The position numbers and the translations under genes were made by a program. Of a DNA stretch of 64,000 nucleotides, positions 1 to 9,689 are shown piece by piece. The stretch is taken from assembly GCA_963755025.1 (NCBI GenBank), contig CAVWIH010000014.1, forward strand, positions 160,001 to 224,000. Direction: 5' to 3'. The notes beneath the pieces are model-generated. The model worked only from the letters and a program-made list of their open reading frames with translations. It was not told where the DNA came from and made no database searches. This stretch comes from an uncultured Actinomycetes bacterium (GTDB lineage Bacteria; Actinomycetota; Thermoleophilia; UBA2241). Every line of letters begins with the position of its first letter. Position 1 is the first letter of the stretch.

Positions 1-102
1 GCGGCGTTAGCGTTGGCCGAGCCCCCGGATGAAGGGCGTGCCGCCCGAGCGTGCGCGACGGCGGTCGGGCGCGAACGCCCACCGCCGGCGAACTCGGCGG
101 CT

Positions 103-1259
103 TCAGCGATCGCGGCGCGGCCTGCCGAGCAGCGCCGTGGCCCAGCCCGACTCGTCGTAGGCCTCGATGAACAGGCGCCGCACGAGCAGGGTCATGGGCA
201 CCGCCAGCAGCCCGCCGAGCAGCCCCAGGACCCAGCCCCAGACGACCACCGAGAGCACCACCGTGAGCGGCGACAGGTTCGTGTGGTGGGCCACCAGGCG
301 GCGCCCGACGACGTTGCCGATGACCGCGTAGATGAGCAGGATGCCGAGCACGACCGCGAGGGCCTGCCACCAGCCCATCTCGAGCAAGGCGAGAAAGGCC
401 GGGGGCGCCATGGCCAGCAGCCCGCCGAGGGTGGGGATGAACGCCATGAAGAAGGAGAGCAGGCCCCAGAGCGGCGCGTAGTGCACGCCCAGCACCAGCA
501 GGAACACGGTGACAGCGGCGCCTTCGATGGCGCCGGTGATGGTCGTGGCCTGCACGAAGCGGCGCATGTCACGGGTGAAGTCCTCGAGCCGCGAGAGCGA
601 ACGGCCCACGCGCGGCGGCGTGCTGGCGAAGCGCAGGCTGATGGTGCTCGCCTCGCCCAGCATGAACAGCACGAGCAGCAGCGTGAGCAGGCCCAGCGAG
701 ACGGCGTGCTTCACGGCGTGGAGGACCTTGACGGTCAACGACACGACGTGGTGGGGGTCGAGCGGGGCGTTCGATCCCTTCGTCAGCCCCGAAGCGTGGA
801 TGCCCAGGCTGGTTGAGCGCGTCGGTCGCGTGCTGCCAGCGCGCGGCGAGCTCGGCCTGATAGCGCGGGACCTCGGCGATCAGCCGGGCGACGCCGATCG
901 AGGCCAGCCGCCACCACGGCGGCCACAGCCACCAGGGTGACCACGACGGTGATCAGCCAGGCGAGCCACAGCGGCAGCCCCTTGCGCACGAGCAGGTGCA
1001 GCAACGGCGAGACCGCCATGGTGATGACGACGGCCAGCAGGAGCGGGTTGATGACCGAGGCCGCGGAGCGCATGAAGACCAGCACGATCGCGCCGGCGGC
1101 CAGGCTGAGCAGCAGGCGCAGGCTCGGCGTGAGACCGAGCGAGGCGCCGCCCAGTGCGGCTTCGCTGCCGGGAACGCCGGGGTCACGGGGGCCGGGGTCG
1201 TGGCCGCGCGGCGCACCGGGCGGACCCTGCGCTTCGCCGGCATCGTGCCCGTCAGGCAT
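103..1259 (-). CDS. AI-2E family transporter (two apparent frameshifts, near 900 and 810)
   Basis: Hydrophobic ORF pieces 783..1259 and 103..744 carry AI-2E-like motifs (FFMAFIPTLG, LSPLTVVLSVVVWGWVLGLLGGLLAVP). Removing one base at about 900 and one at about 810 gives one continuous frame. Confidence 0.85.
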
Positions 1260-1281
1260 GAGCTGCCCCCCTCTTTTCTGT

Positions 1282-1557
1282 TCAGATGTCGCCGCGCCGC
1301 ACAGCGCGCCGCGCGACCCTGCGGCGGTGACGGCGCAACACCAGCAGGAGCTGACCGGCGGCGAGCGACAAGCCGATCGTCACGACGAGCAGCAGCCACA
1401 ACGGCCACGAGAAGCTCCAGAACAGCCAGGTCAGCTTGACCGGGCCGCGGTTCTGGGCGACGAAGGCCCCAAGGGCAACGGCGATCGCCGCGACGATGCC
1501 CGGCATCACGAAACGCGCGGGCGAGGCCGACCGGCGCGAACCAGACGCTTGCGTCAT
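1282..1557 (-). CDS. LapA/DUF1049-like small membrane protein (91 aa)
   Basis: MTQASG...FVAQNRGPVKLTWLFWSFSWPLWLLL... matches the F-x-x-Q-N...V.L..LFW...PLW pattern, with a basic C-terminus. Confidence 0.75.
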   Translation of the reverse strand: MTQASGSRRSASPARFVMPGIVAAIAVALGAFVAQNRGPVKLTWLFWSFSWPLWLLLVVTIGLSLAAGQLLLVLRRHRRRVARRAVRRGDI

Positions 1558-1636
1558 GGCACTGACCTCCCGGGTGGCGCCTCGCCGGCGCTCCCCTGTC
1601 GCTGTGCGCGGGGCCGGCGCCCGCCTTCGTTTGCGT

Positions 1637-3218
1637 TCAGGACGCGCCCGGCCCGGCGTCGCTCTCCTGATAGTGCTCGAGCAGCTCGTCCTCTTCGGCC
1701 TTCTTGGGGAAGCAGAAGAAGACGACCACGGTGCCGATCGCGACCGCGATGGCGCCCGCCCCGTAGGCCCAGTCGGCGCCCGACAGGAACGACGACTTGG
1801 CCGCGGCGGTGATGGCCTTGGCGTACTGCGGGTACTGCCGGGCGACGTTGGCGGCGCTCGAGTACGACTGCTCGAGCTGAGCCTGCACGCTGTTCGTGAT
1901 CTGCGACTTGTTGGGCGCCGAGGCGATGGCCGTCGAGACCGCCGCGGCGTAGCCGGCGGTCGAGCAGCGCGCCGAAGATCGACTGCATGATGGCGCCGCC
2001 CAGGTCGCGCTGCAGGTCGGCGGTGCCCGACGCCATGCCCACGCGCCGTACCGGCACCGAGCTCGTGAGCGAGCGCGAGGCCGGCGTGCCGAACAGGCCG
2101 ATGCCTATGCCGAGCAGGGCGTACCCCAGGCCGACCTCCCAGTAGGGCGCGCCCTGGTCCCACAGCAGAAGCATGGTGAGAAAGGCGAGCAGACAGAACA
2201 GGTAGCCGAGGAGCAGCGTGAACCGCGATCCGCGGGCGTGCACGAGGCGCGCCGACGGCGGCGCGACCAGCACCATGGCGAAAGCCGCCGGCAGAATGGC
2301 GAGGCCGGCGTCGAGGGTCGAGTAACCGAGCACGTTCTGCATGAACTGCTGGCCGATGAACATGGCGCCCATCAGCGAACCGAAGACGATGATGCCGCCC
2401 AGGGCGGCGACCCAGAAGATGCGCCGACCGGCGATGTGCAGGTCGTAGAGGGGGCTCGCGGCGCGGCGCTGGCGCACGACGAAGGCGACGGCGGCGACGA
2501 CGGTCACGGCGGCGAGCGTCAGGGTCAGGCCGCCCTTGCCCGGCACCGGCGCGAAGTTGATGGCCAGAATGAGCGCCGCCACCATGACGATCGACAGCAC
2601 GCCTCCGAGGTTGTCGATCGGGTCGCTCGACTCGTTCACGTGGCTGGGCACGTAGAGCAGGGACATCACCAGGGCGACGACCGCGAGCGGCAGGGTGAAC
2701 AGAAAGACCGAGCCCCACCAGAAGTGCTGCAGCAGCGCTCCCGAGATGACCGGACCGAGCGCCGCCATGGCGCTGCCGATGCCGGCCCACAGGGCGATCG
2801 CGTGCGTGCGTGCCGCGCCCGACCACAGCGCCGTGATCAGGGCGAGCGTGGTGGGGTAGGCCATGCCGGCCGACAGCCCGCCGACGATGCGGGCGGCGAC
2901 CAGGACCCCGTCGGATGGCGCGTAGGCGGCCAGCAGGCAGGCGGGCACCGAAAGCGCCATGCCCAGCACGAGCAGCAGCTTGCGTCCGTGGCGGTCGCCG
3001 ATGGCGCCCAGGTAGAGCACCGACGCCGCGAGGCCGAGCGAGTAGCCGACGGCGACCAGGTCGAGCGCGGTCTGCGACGAGTCGAACGCCTTGCCGATGT
3101 CGGGCAGCGCCACGTTGGCGACCGCCAGATTGATGTTGGCGACGCCGGCCGCGAGGATGAGCGTGAGCAGCACAAGGCCGGCGCGCCGGGGAGCGGCCGA
3201 CGGCTGGGCGATCTTCAC
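1637..3218 (-). CDS. MFS drug:H+ antiporter-like transporter (14-TM type), frameshift near 1960
   Basis: MFS motif A (GAIGDRHGRK) and many TM segments. The C-terminus continues in ORF 1637..1888. The GTG start at 3218 is inferred. Confidence 0.85.
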
Positions 3219-3247
3219 CGGCGCAGCCGGGCGCGGCGGCTGCGCGG

Positions 3248-3742
3248 CTATTGCGCGGCCTCGACGCCGAGCGCGAGCAGGTCCTGCGGGTGCAGCCACT
3301 CGTCGGCCAGGGCCACGCCGCCCGAGGCGATCACGGCGTCGCGCAGCGGAATGGCCCAGCGGTGCTCGATCACCGCGACCGCCGCCGACATGCCCTCGGG
3401 GATGGCGTCGGCGACGTACCAGACCTCGGCCTCGTCGAAGACCGAGCCCTCGTCGACGGCGCCTGCGGCGCCGACGAGGGCGCCCACCTCGGCGCCCTCG
3501 TCGCCGGCCGCGCCGAAGCCGATCAGCGCGCCGGCGACGGCGCCCAGCTTGGCGAGCTCGTGGGTGTCGCTGAGCTCGACCTTCTCTACCGAGCCGTCCT
3601 CGTTTTTGTGCACGAAGAGCAGGTCGATCAAGCGCACGACGTCGTGCTCGGTGAGCTTCTTGAGCTCATCGAGCGCCCCCCCGGTGAACTGGGCGTCGGC
3701 GCCGTAGCCGATCACCAGGATCTGTACCGGACCTAGTGCCAT
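3248..3742 (-). CDS. DUF6325/DUF1269-like protein
   Basis: LGPVQILVIGY, VVRLIDLLFVHK and AVAVIEHRWAIPLRDA are typical of the family. RBS AAGGAGG lies upstream. Confidence 0.8.
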   Translation of the reverse strand: MALGPVQILVIGYGADAQFTGGALDELKKLTEHDVVRLIDLLFVHKNEDGSVEKVELSDTHELAKLGAVAGALIGFGAAGDEGAEVGALVGAAGAVDEGSVFDEAEVWYVADAIPEGMSAAVAVIEHRWAIPLRDAVIASGGVALADEWLHPQDLLALGVEAAQ

Positions 3743-3791
3743 TGGTCATCCTCCTTGACTGAAAACCAGGGTGGTGGCGGGCGACCGCCGG

Positions 3792-4067
3792 CTACATGCT
3801 CTGCAGGATCTTCTGCTTCTGGGCGTCGAACTCGGCCTGGGTGAGGACGCCGCTGTCGAGGAGCTCCTTGAGCTGCTTGAGCTGCGCCATCTTGTCGTCT
3901 TCGCTCGCGGCCGGAGCGGCCTGCGGCGCTTGCGGCGCCTGTTGCCCCGCGGCGAGCTGCGCGTCCTGGTCTGCGGTGTGCTGCTTGCTCTGCGCCACCT
4001 TCTTGCCTACGACGTAGGCGCCGCCGCCGACCACGGCGGCCCGCATGAGCGGTCGTCTCCTGAACAT
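3792..4067 (-). CDS. SHOCT-domain small protein (91 aa)
   Basis: MFRRRPLMRAAVVGG... ends in the SHOCT motif QLKQLKELLDSGVLTQAEFDAQKQKIL. RBS AAGGAGG. Confidence 0.88.
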   Translation of the reverse strand: MFRRRPLMRAAVVGGGAYVVGKKVAQSKQHTADQDAQLAAGQQAPQAPQAAPAASEDDKMAQLKQLKELLDSGVLTQAEFDAQKQKILQSM

Positions 4068-4240
4068 CGTTACGGCCTCCTTAAGAGTTGTCCGAATGGT
4101 ACGTGCGTCGTGACCCGCTGCCAACGTACCCACGGCAGGCTGCACCCGAACGGTTGGGAAGGGCGCGTGGTGATGGCGCCGAGGGGCGCGCCGTCGCACG
4201 GCGGCCGCCGGCGGCCGCAAGCGGCCGCACGCTGACGCCG

Positions 4241-5125
4241 TCAGGCACGGGTCCACCCGGACGGGCGCCGGCGCCACGCCGCAAGCCAGGCGGGCAGCAC
4301 GCCGAACAGCGTGTCCATGACCTCGAGGCTGCGGCGCTCGAACTCGCCGTAGTCGTCGTAGACCTCGCCGCCCGTCGCGTCGACCAGGTCGCTCACCGCC
4401 CGCAAGATGAGGCAGGGCACGCCGTTACGCGCCGCGGTCCAGGCGATCGCCCCGGTCTCCCAGTCGGCGGCGACGGCGGCAAAACGCGCGCGCAGCACGC
4501 CCACCTGGGAGGGCGCGATGTCGCCGTCGGCCGACACCAGGCGGGCCCGGCGCACGGGCGACGGGTAGGGCGCCGGCCCCAGCCACGAGAGGTCGATGGC
4601 CGTCGTGAAGGCGGCGATGGCTTCGTCCGCGTCGGTCATCTGCTCGACGATGTCGTAGACGAGCGTCTCGTCGGCAAGCAGCACCTCGCCGCGTGCGACG
4701 TGACCGGTGAGGCCGCCACAGGTGCCGAGGTTGACGAGCAACTCGGGCGCGAAGGCGTCGATCACGTACTGTGTGGCGGCGGCACCGGCGATCTTGCCCC
4801 AGCCGCCGTAGAAGACGGCCGTGGCTAGGCCCGCCGGGGGCTCGGGCATGACGAACCACTCGCCGAACGGCGACCTGCGCCGCGGGGGCTCGGGGCAGAG
4901 CGCCTCGAGTGCGCGCCACTCGCTCGTGGCGCAGACCAGCACGACGACGGCGACGTCGGCCGCCGCGCCGGCGCCGAGCGGCGCGCGCGACGCGCTCGCC
5001 GGGAGCGGCGGCTGCGCTGCGAGTGGCGGCTGCGCCGCGTATGGTGCGAGCGGTGCGCGCGGCGCGCGTGGCGCTCGGCGCCTGCGGCGCCGCCCTTCGC
5101 CGGCTGGTCGCTGTGGCTGCGACAC
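4241..5125 (-). CDS. MTA/SAH nucleosidase-like protein (PNP_UDP_1 family); start uncertain
   Basis: Motifs GGWGKIAGA, VNLGTCGG, ADWETGAIA and LRAVSD. Confidence 0.8.
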   Translation of the reverse strand: MSQPQRPAGEGRRRRRRAPRAPRAPLAPYAAQPPLAAQPPLPASASRAPLGAGAAADVAVVVLVCATSEWRALEALCPEPPRRRSPFGEWFVMPEPPAGLATAVFYGGWGKIAGAAATQYVIDAFAPELLVNLGTCGGLTGHVARGEVLLADETLVYDIVEQMTDADEAIAAFTTAIDLSWLGPAPYPSPVRRARLVSADGDIAPSQVGVLRARFAAVAADWETGAIAWTAARNGVPCLILRAVSDLVDATGGEVYDDYGEFERRSLEVMDTLFGVLPAWLAAWRRRPSGWTRA

Positions 5126-5211
5126 TCGTGTCCCCCGATCGTGCCGTACGGTGGTCGTCTGCGTCGCGCCGGCGGTGTGCAGGTGGGCCCAGCGCGCCCG
5201 GGCGCGGCTCT

Positions 5212-5271
5212 CGCCCGGCATCATACCGCGCCGCGCCGGGCGCGCCGACGAAAGGAGTATGATGCCGGGCG
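5212..5271. promoter_or_regulatory. Divergent promoter pair built from a perfect 15-bp inverted repeat (TATGAT in each arm)
   Basis: CGCCCGGCATCATAC (5212-5226) and GTATGATGCCGGGCG (5257-5271) are reverse complements with a 30-bp spacer. Confidence 0.55.
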
Positions 5272-5273
5272 CC

Positions 5274-6677
5274 ATGAGCGACCCGATCGACACTCCGGCG
5301 GCAGCCGCCGCGCCCCGCCACCGCGTGGTGGTGGTCGGCGGCGGCTTCGGGGGGCTCTACGCGGTCAAGGGCCTCGCGACGACGCCCGTCGACATCACGC
5401 TGATCGACCGCGTCAATCACCACCTCTTTCAGCCTCTGCTCTACCAGGTCGCCACCGGCATCATCGACGAGGGCTCCGTCGCCCCCGCCCTGCGCAGCGT
5501 GCTGCGCGGCCAGGCGAACGTCGAGGTGCTGCTCGCCGAGGTCACCGGCTTCGACACCACGACCCGCACTGTGCAGGCGCTGGCGCCCGACGAGCGGCCG
5601 CTCTCGATCGCCTACGATACCCTCGTCGTCGCCACGGGGGTGCGCACCGACTACTTCGGTCACGACGAATGGCAGGACGCCGCGCCTGGCCTGAAGTCGC
5701 TCGAAGACGCGCGCTGGCTGCGCAGCCATATCCTCGGCGCCTTCGAGATGGCCGAGCTCGCCGCCGACTCAGACGAGCGCCGCGCCTGGCTCACCTTCGT
5801 CGTGGTCGGCGCCGGGCCGACCGGCGTCGAGCTGACCGGCGAGATCGCCACGCTCGCGCACCGTGTCCTGCCCAAAGACTTTCGCCACGTCTCGACCCGT
5901 GAGGCGCAGGTGATCCTGATGGACGCCGGCCCCACCATCCTGCCGCACTTTCCGGCGTCGCTGCGCCGGCACGCGGCCGCCGACCTGGGCGCCCTGGGCG
6001 TCGAGATCCGCACCGGCACGCTGGCGGTCGAGATCGACGTCGGGGGCATGAACGTGCGGCCCGCCGACGCCGAGACCGCCCCCGAGGAACGCCTGGGGGC
6101 GCGCACCATCATCTGGGCCGCCGGCGTGCGGGCGGCCGCGGCGGCCGACGCCCTGGCGGCGGCGACCGGCGCCGCCCGCGACCGCCTGGGGCGCCTCGTG
6201 GTCGCGCCCGACCTCTCGCTGCCCGGCCACCCCGAGATCTTCGCGGCCGGCGACGTGGCCGCGGCCGGCGACCTGCCGGGCATCGCGCCGGTCGCCATGC
6301 AGCAGGGCCGTTTCGTGGCGAGCGTCATCGCCGCCCGCGCCGGGGGCCTGCCCTCACCGGGCGCGTTCCACTACCGCGACAAAGGCACCATGGCCACCGT
6401 CGGCCCCCGTCGGGCGATCGTCGACGCCTTCGGCCTGCGGGTGGGCGGCTTCGCCGGCTCCCTGCTGTGGGCCTTCATCCACCTCTACTACCTGATCGGC
6501 TGGGGCAACCGCTCGGTCACCCTGCTGCGCTGGCTGGTGCAGATGACGACCCGCAACCGCAGCAACCGCTTAGTCGACGTCGATCACGCGGCGAGCTGGC
6601 GCGAGCTGCGCCGCCGCGGCGCGGCCACCGGCCCCGGGTTCTGGGAGAAGATGCGCAGCAAGGACCGCCCCGAGTGA
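5274..6677 (+). CDS. ndh: Type II NADH:quinone oxidoreductase (NDH-2)
   Basis: VVVVGGGFGG, HLFQPLLYQVATG, VVVGAGPTGVE, AAGD and YRDKGTMATVG. Alternative ATG starts at 5259 and 5262. Confidence 0.9.
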   Translation: MSDPIDTPAAAAAPRHRVVVVGGGFGGLYAVKGLATTPVDITLIDRVNHHLFQPLLYQVATGIIDEGSVAPALRSVLRGQANVEVLLAEVTGFDTTTRTVQALAPDERPLSIAYDTLVVATGVRTDYFGHDEWQDAAPGLKSLEDARWLRSHILGAFEMAELAADSDERRAWLTFVVVGAGPTGVELTGEIATLAHRVLPKDFRHVSTREAQVILMDAGPTILPHFPASLRRHAAADLGALGVEIRTGTLAVEIDVGGMNVRPADAETAPEERLGARTIIWAAGVRAAAAADALAAATGAARDRLGRLVVAPDLSLPGHPEIFAAGDVAAAGDLPGIAPVAMQQGRFVASVIAARAGGLPSPGAFHYRDKGTMATVGPRRAIVDAFGLRVGGFAGSLLWAFIHLYYLIGWGNRSVTLLRWLVQMTTRNRSNRLVDVDHAASWRELRRRGAATGPGFWEKMRSKDRPE

Positions 6678-6689
6678 CGCTCGGCTCCC

Positions 6690-6738
6690 GGCGCGCCTCG
6701 CCCCTCCGGCTCGTGGCGCGCCTCGCCCCTCCGGCTCG
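6690..6738. repeat. 2 x 25-bp tandem repeat in a convergent intergenic region
   Basis: GGCGCGCCTCGCCCCTCCGGCTCG at 6690-6713 and 6715-6738. Confidence 0.8.
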
Positions 6739-6808
6739 CGTCGCCGTCCGGCCGACCTCGCCTTTTTAGCCCGCGTCGCCGTTCGGCGCCTCGTCGTCTT
6801 CGCAGCCC

Positions 6809-7645
6809 TCAGCCGTCCACTTCCCCGTCGCCCTCGGCGCCACCGTAGCGCGGCGCCAGGCGGCCGCTGCGGTTGCCCGCCGCGAGGGTCTGCTGCTGCA
6901 GGTCGCGGAACCGCTCGAAGACGACCGCCGCGTCGTCGAGGCCGGGCACGCAGACGACCTCGCCCAGGGCGAGACCTGCCACGATCGCCCGCGCGCAGTC
7001 GAGGGAGCTCATGAGCGGCGGCACGCCGGGCCGACCGGCGAGCGACCGCGAGCCGTGGAACTCGCTTTCGACCATGCCGGGCAGGCAGACCATCGCCCGG
7101 ACGCCCGTACCCTCGAGCTCGGCGGCGAGCGCCTGGATGAACACGAGCTGGAACGACTTGGCCCCCGCGTACGTCGCCCGGCCCGACATGCCCAGACGCA
7201 GCGGACCGCTGAGCGACAGCAACGAGGCGACGTTGACCACTGCGCCCGCGCCGCGGGCGACCATGCCGGGCAGCGCCGCGCGGATCAGGGTGACCGGCGT
7301 GGTGACGTGGATGGCGACGACGCCCGCCATGACCTCGGGATCGAGCTCGGCGAACGGCCCGTAGCCGGAGAAGCCGGCGTTGTTGACGAGCAGCTCAAGG
7401 CGCGGCTCGTCGGCCACGCGCGCCGCGACGCGGGCGACGTCGGCGGCGTCGGTGAGGTCGGCGACGAGTACCTCGACTCCGGCGCCGGTCGCGGCGCCCA
7501 GGTCCGCCGCGAGCGCCTCGAGGCGCTCGCGGCGCCGCGCGACGACGACCAGGTCGTGACCGTCGCGGGCCAGCAGGCCGGCGAGCTCGCGGCCGATGCC
7601 CGATGAGGCGCCCGTGACCAGGGCGAGGGGACGCGGTGGCGTCAT
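6809..7645 (-). CDS. SDR family oxidoreductase
   Basis: TGASSGIG, LVNNAG and catalytic YAGAK. Confidence 0.9.
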   Translation of the reverse strand: MTPPRPLALVTGASSGIGRELAGLLARDGHDLVVVARRRERLEALAADLGAATGAGVEVLVADLTDAADVARVAARVADEPRLELLVNNAGFSGYGPFAELDPEVMAGVVAIHVTTPVTLIRAALPGMVARGAGAVVNVASLLSLSGPLRLGMSGRATYAGAKSFQLVFIQALAAELEGTGVRAMVCLPGMVESEFHGSRSLAGRPGVPPLMSSLDCARAIVAGLALGEVVCVPGLDDAAVVFERFRDLQQQTLAAGNRSGRLAPRYGGAEGDGEVDG

Positions 7646-7713
7646 ATGAGCCTCCAGAAGCGTGGGGATGGTGCGCGTGGTTCGCCGGCGGTGCGGTCGC
7701 CGGCCGGAACAGT

Positions 7714-9594
7714 CTACTCGTCGTCGGTCGCGGGATCGGTCGCGGCCGTTCCCGGCCCCGAGGCCGGATCGCCGGGCTCGCCGCCTTCGGATGCGCCGGC
7801 GCCGGGCTCGCCGCCTTCGGACGCGCCGGCGCCGGGCTTCGGAGTGAGCAGCCCGGCGGCGCCGCCGGGAGCGCGCGGTCCGAGGGCGCGCACGGCGGCG
7901 TCGACCGTGAGGAACAGGTGATCCTCGCCGACGTGGCGGCGCAGGCCCGCGCGGGCCGCGTCGAGCGGCGCCTCGCCGGTCGCCCGGGCGACGGCGAAGT
8001 CGACGTCGCCGGCGTGCAGCTCGTGGACGACCTGGAGCAGCATGCGGCCCCCGGTGTAGTCGACGTCCTCGATGCCCGAGGCGTCGAGCACGAACAGGCG
8101 AGGCGGCGGCGACGACGCCGCCACCAGGCCGCGCACGCGGTCGCGAAAGTGCGTGGCGTTGGCGAAGTAGAGCGGCGCGTCGAACCGGTAAGCCACGACA
8201 CCGGGCACGACCTGGGCGTCGGGTCGCTCCTGGAGCGCCCACCACACCGTGGTGCCGGGCAGGCGCCCGAGCAGCGCGTCGCGCGGTCGCGAGCTGCGCC
8301 ACGTACGGTAGAGGATGGAGAGCAGGATGGCGAGCAGCACGCCGGGGCCCACGCCGAGCACGACGACGGTGCCGAGGGTGGCGAGCGCCACGCCGAACTC
8401 TGCCTTGTCGAAGCGGTAGATGGCGCGCAGCTCACCCACGCGAAAGATGCGCAGGGCCACGTAGATCAGCACCGCGCCCAGCGTGGCAAGCGGCAGGTCG
8501 GCGAGCGCCCCCGCGGCGGCCACGATGAGCGCCACGACGAGCGCCGCGGCGACCAGGCCGGGCACCTGCGAGCGTGCGCCCGACGAGGTGGCGACCGCGG
8601 AGCGCGGCGGGCTCGCGTTCACGGCGAAGCCGCCGATCAGGGCGGCGAGCACGCTGCCGGCGCCTACCCCGATGAAGTCGCGGTCGACACTGGTGTCGAA
8701 GCCGCCCAGCTCGGCGAAGGAACGGGTCGTCGCCGACGTCTGGGTGATCACGATGAGCGCCACGGCGAGAGCGCTGGGCAGCAGCCGCCAGGCGAGGTGC
8801 GCCGAGAAGGACGGCGCCTGGAGGGTGGGCAGCCCGGCGGGCAGAGCGCCCATCGTGACGACGCCTTTCGCGGTCAGGTCGAACGCCGCCGAGGCGGCCA
8901 GCGAGAGCAGCACGCCGATGAGCGCGCCCGGCAGCCGGCGGCTCACGCGCTCGCAGCCGACGATGACGGCGAAGACCGCGACGGCCACCGCCAGCGCGTA
9001 CAGGTTGGCGTCGCCCAGGTGGCGCGCGACGCCGGCCAGCTTCTGCAGGGCGTTGCCCCGTGTGGAGGGCAGGCCGAGCACCTCGGCGAGCTGGCCTGCG
9101 ACGATCGTCACGGCGATGCCGGCGAGGAACCCGGTGACCACCGGCGCCGACAGAAAGTCGGCGATCCAGCCCATGCGGGCCACGCCGACCGCGACGATCA
9201 GCACGCCGACAAGCAGCGAGAGCAGGGCCATGTCGGCGCTGTAGCGCGACGACCCGGTGACCGCCACGGCGGCCACAGCGGCGGCGAGCAGGGGAGCGAT
9301 CGTCGAGTCGGCGCCCACCGACATGGTGCGATTGGCGCCGAGCAGGGCGAACATGGCGACCGCCGCGAGGAACGCGTAGAGGCCGGCGACCACCGGCATG
9401 CCCGCCAGGTGGGCGGTGGCGAGCTGCTCGGGAACGGCGATCGCCACCAGCGTGACGCCGGCCACCACGTCGAGGGGCAGGTAGGCGGCGCGGTAGCCGG
9501 TGAGCCAGGGCAGGACGGCGCGCCGTGCGGCCCGGCGAGCCGGACCAGACGGCGCGCCTTGTCTGTCTTTGCCGTTATGGGCAGACTCGTTCAT
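7714..9594 (-). CDS. SulP family anion transporter with STAS domain; start approximate
   Basis: DVVAGVTL..IAVPE, GLYAF, STAS motifs YRFDAPLYFANA and LDASGIEDVDYTG. A 30-bp tandem repeat encodes the acidic tail. Confidence 0.92.
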   Translation of the reverse strand: MNESAHNGKDRQGAPSGPARRAARRAVLPWLTGYRAAYLPLDVVAGVTLVAIAVPEQLATAHLAGMPVVAGLYAFLAAVAMFALLGANRTMSVGADSTIAPLLAAAVAAVAVTGSSRYSADMALLSLLVGVLIVAVGVARMGWIADFLSAPVVTGFLAGIAVTIVAGQLAEVLGLPSTRGNALQKLAGVARHLGDANLYALAVAVAVFAVIVGCERVSRRLPGALIGVLLSLAASAAFDLTAKGVVTMGALPAGLPTLQAPSFSAHLAWRLLPSALAVALIVITQTSATTRSFAELGGFDTSVDRDFIGVGAGSVLAALIGGFAVNASPPRSAVATSSGARSQVPGLVAAALVVALIVAAAGALADLPLATLGAVLIYVALRIFRVGELRAIYRFDKAEFGVALATLGTVVVLGVGPGVLLAILLSILYRTWRSSRPRDALLGRLPGTTVWWALQERPDAQVVPGVVAYRFDAPLYFANATHFRDRVRGLVAASSPPPRLFVLDASGIEDVDYTGGRMLLQVVHELHAGDVDFAVARATGEAPLDAARAGLRRHVGEDHLFLTVDAAVRALGPRAPGGAAGLLTPKPGAGASEGGEPGAGASEGGEPGDPASGPGTAATDPATDDE

Positions 9595-9689
9595 GAGTAT
9601 GGCTTTCGCCGCCGACCCGGCCCTCACCTTGCGTGCAGGGGGCCGAAGGCGCGAAAGTAGCCGGACGGGCACACTGAGGAGGGCCGACC

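Noticed and set aside
4142-4158. Shared CACCCG-N-CGG(G/A)TG-like operator upstream of SHOCT and cydA (about 55242-55257)
   Set aside because: The matches are too degenerate to distinguish from chance in high-GC DNA.
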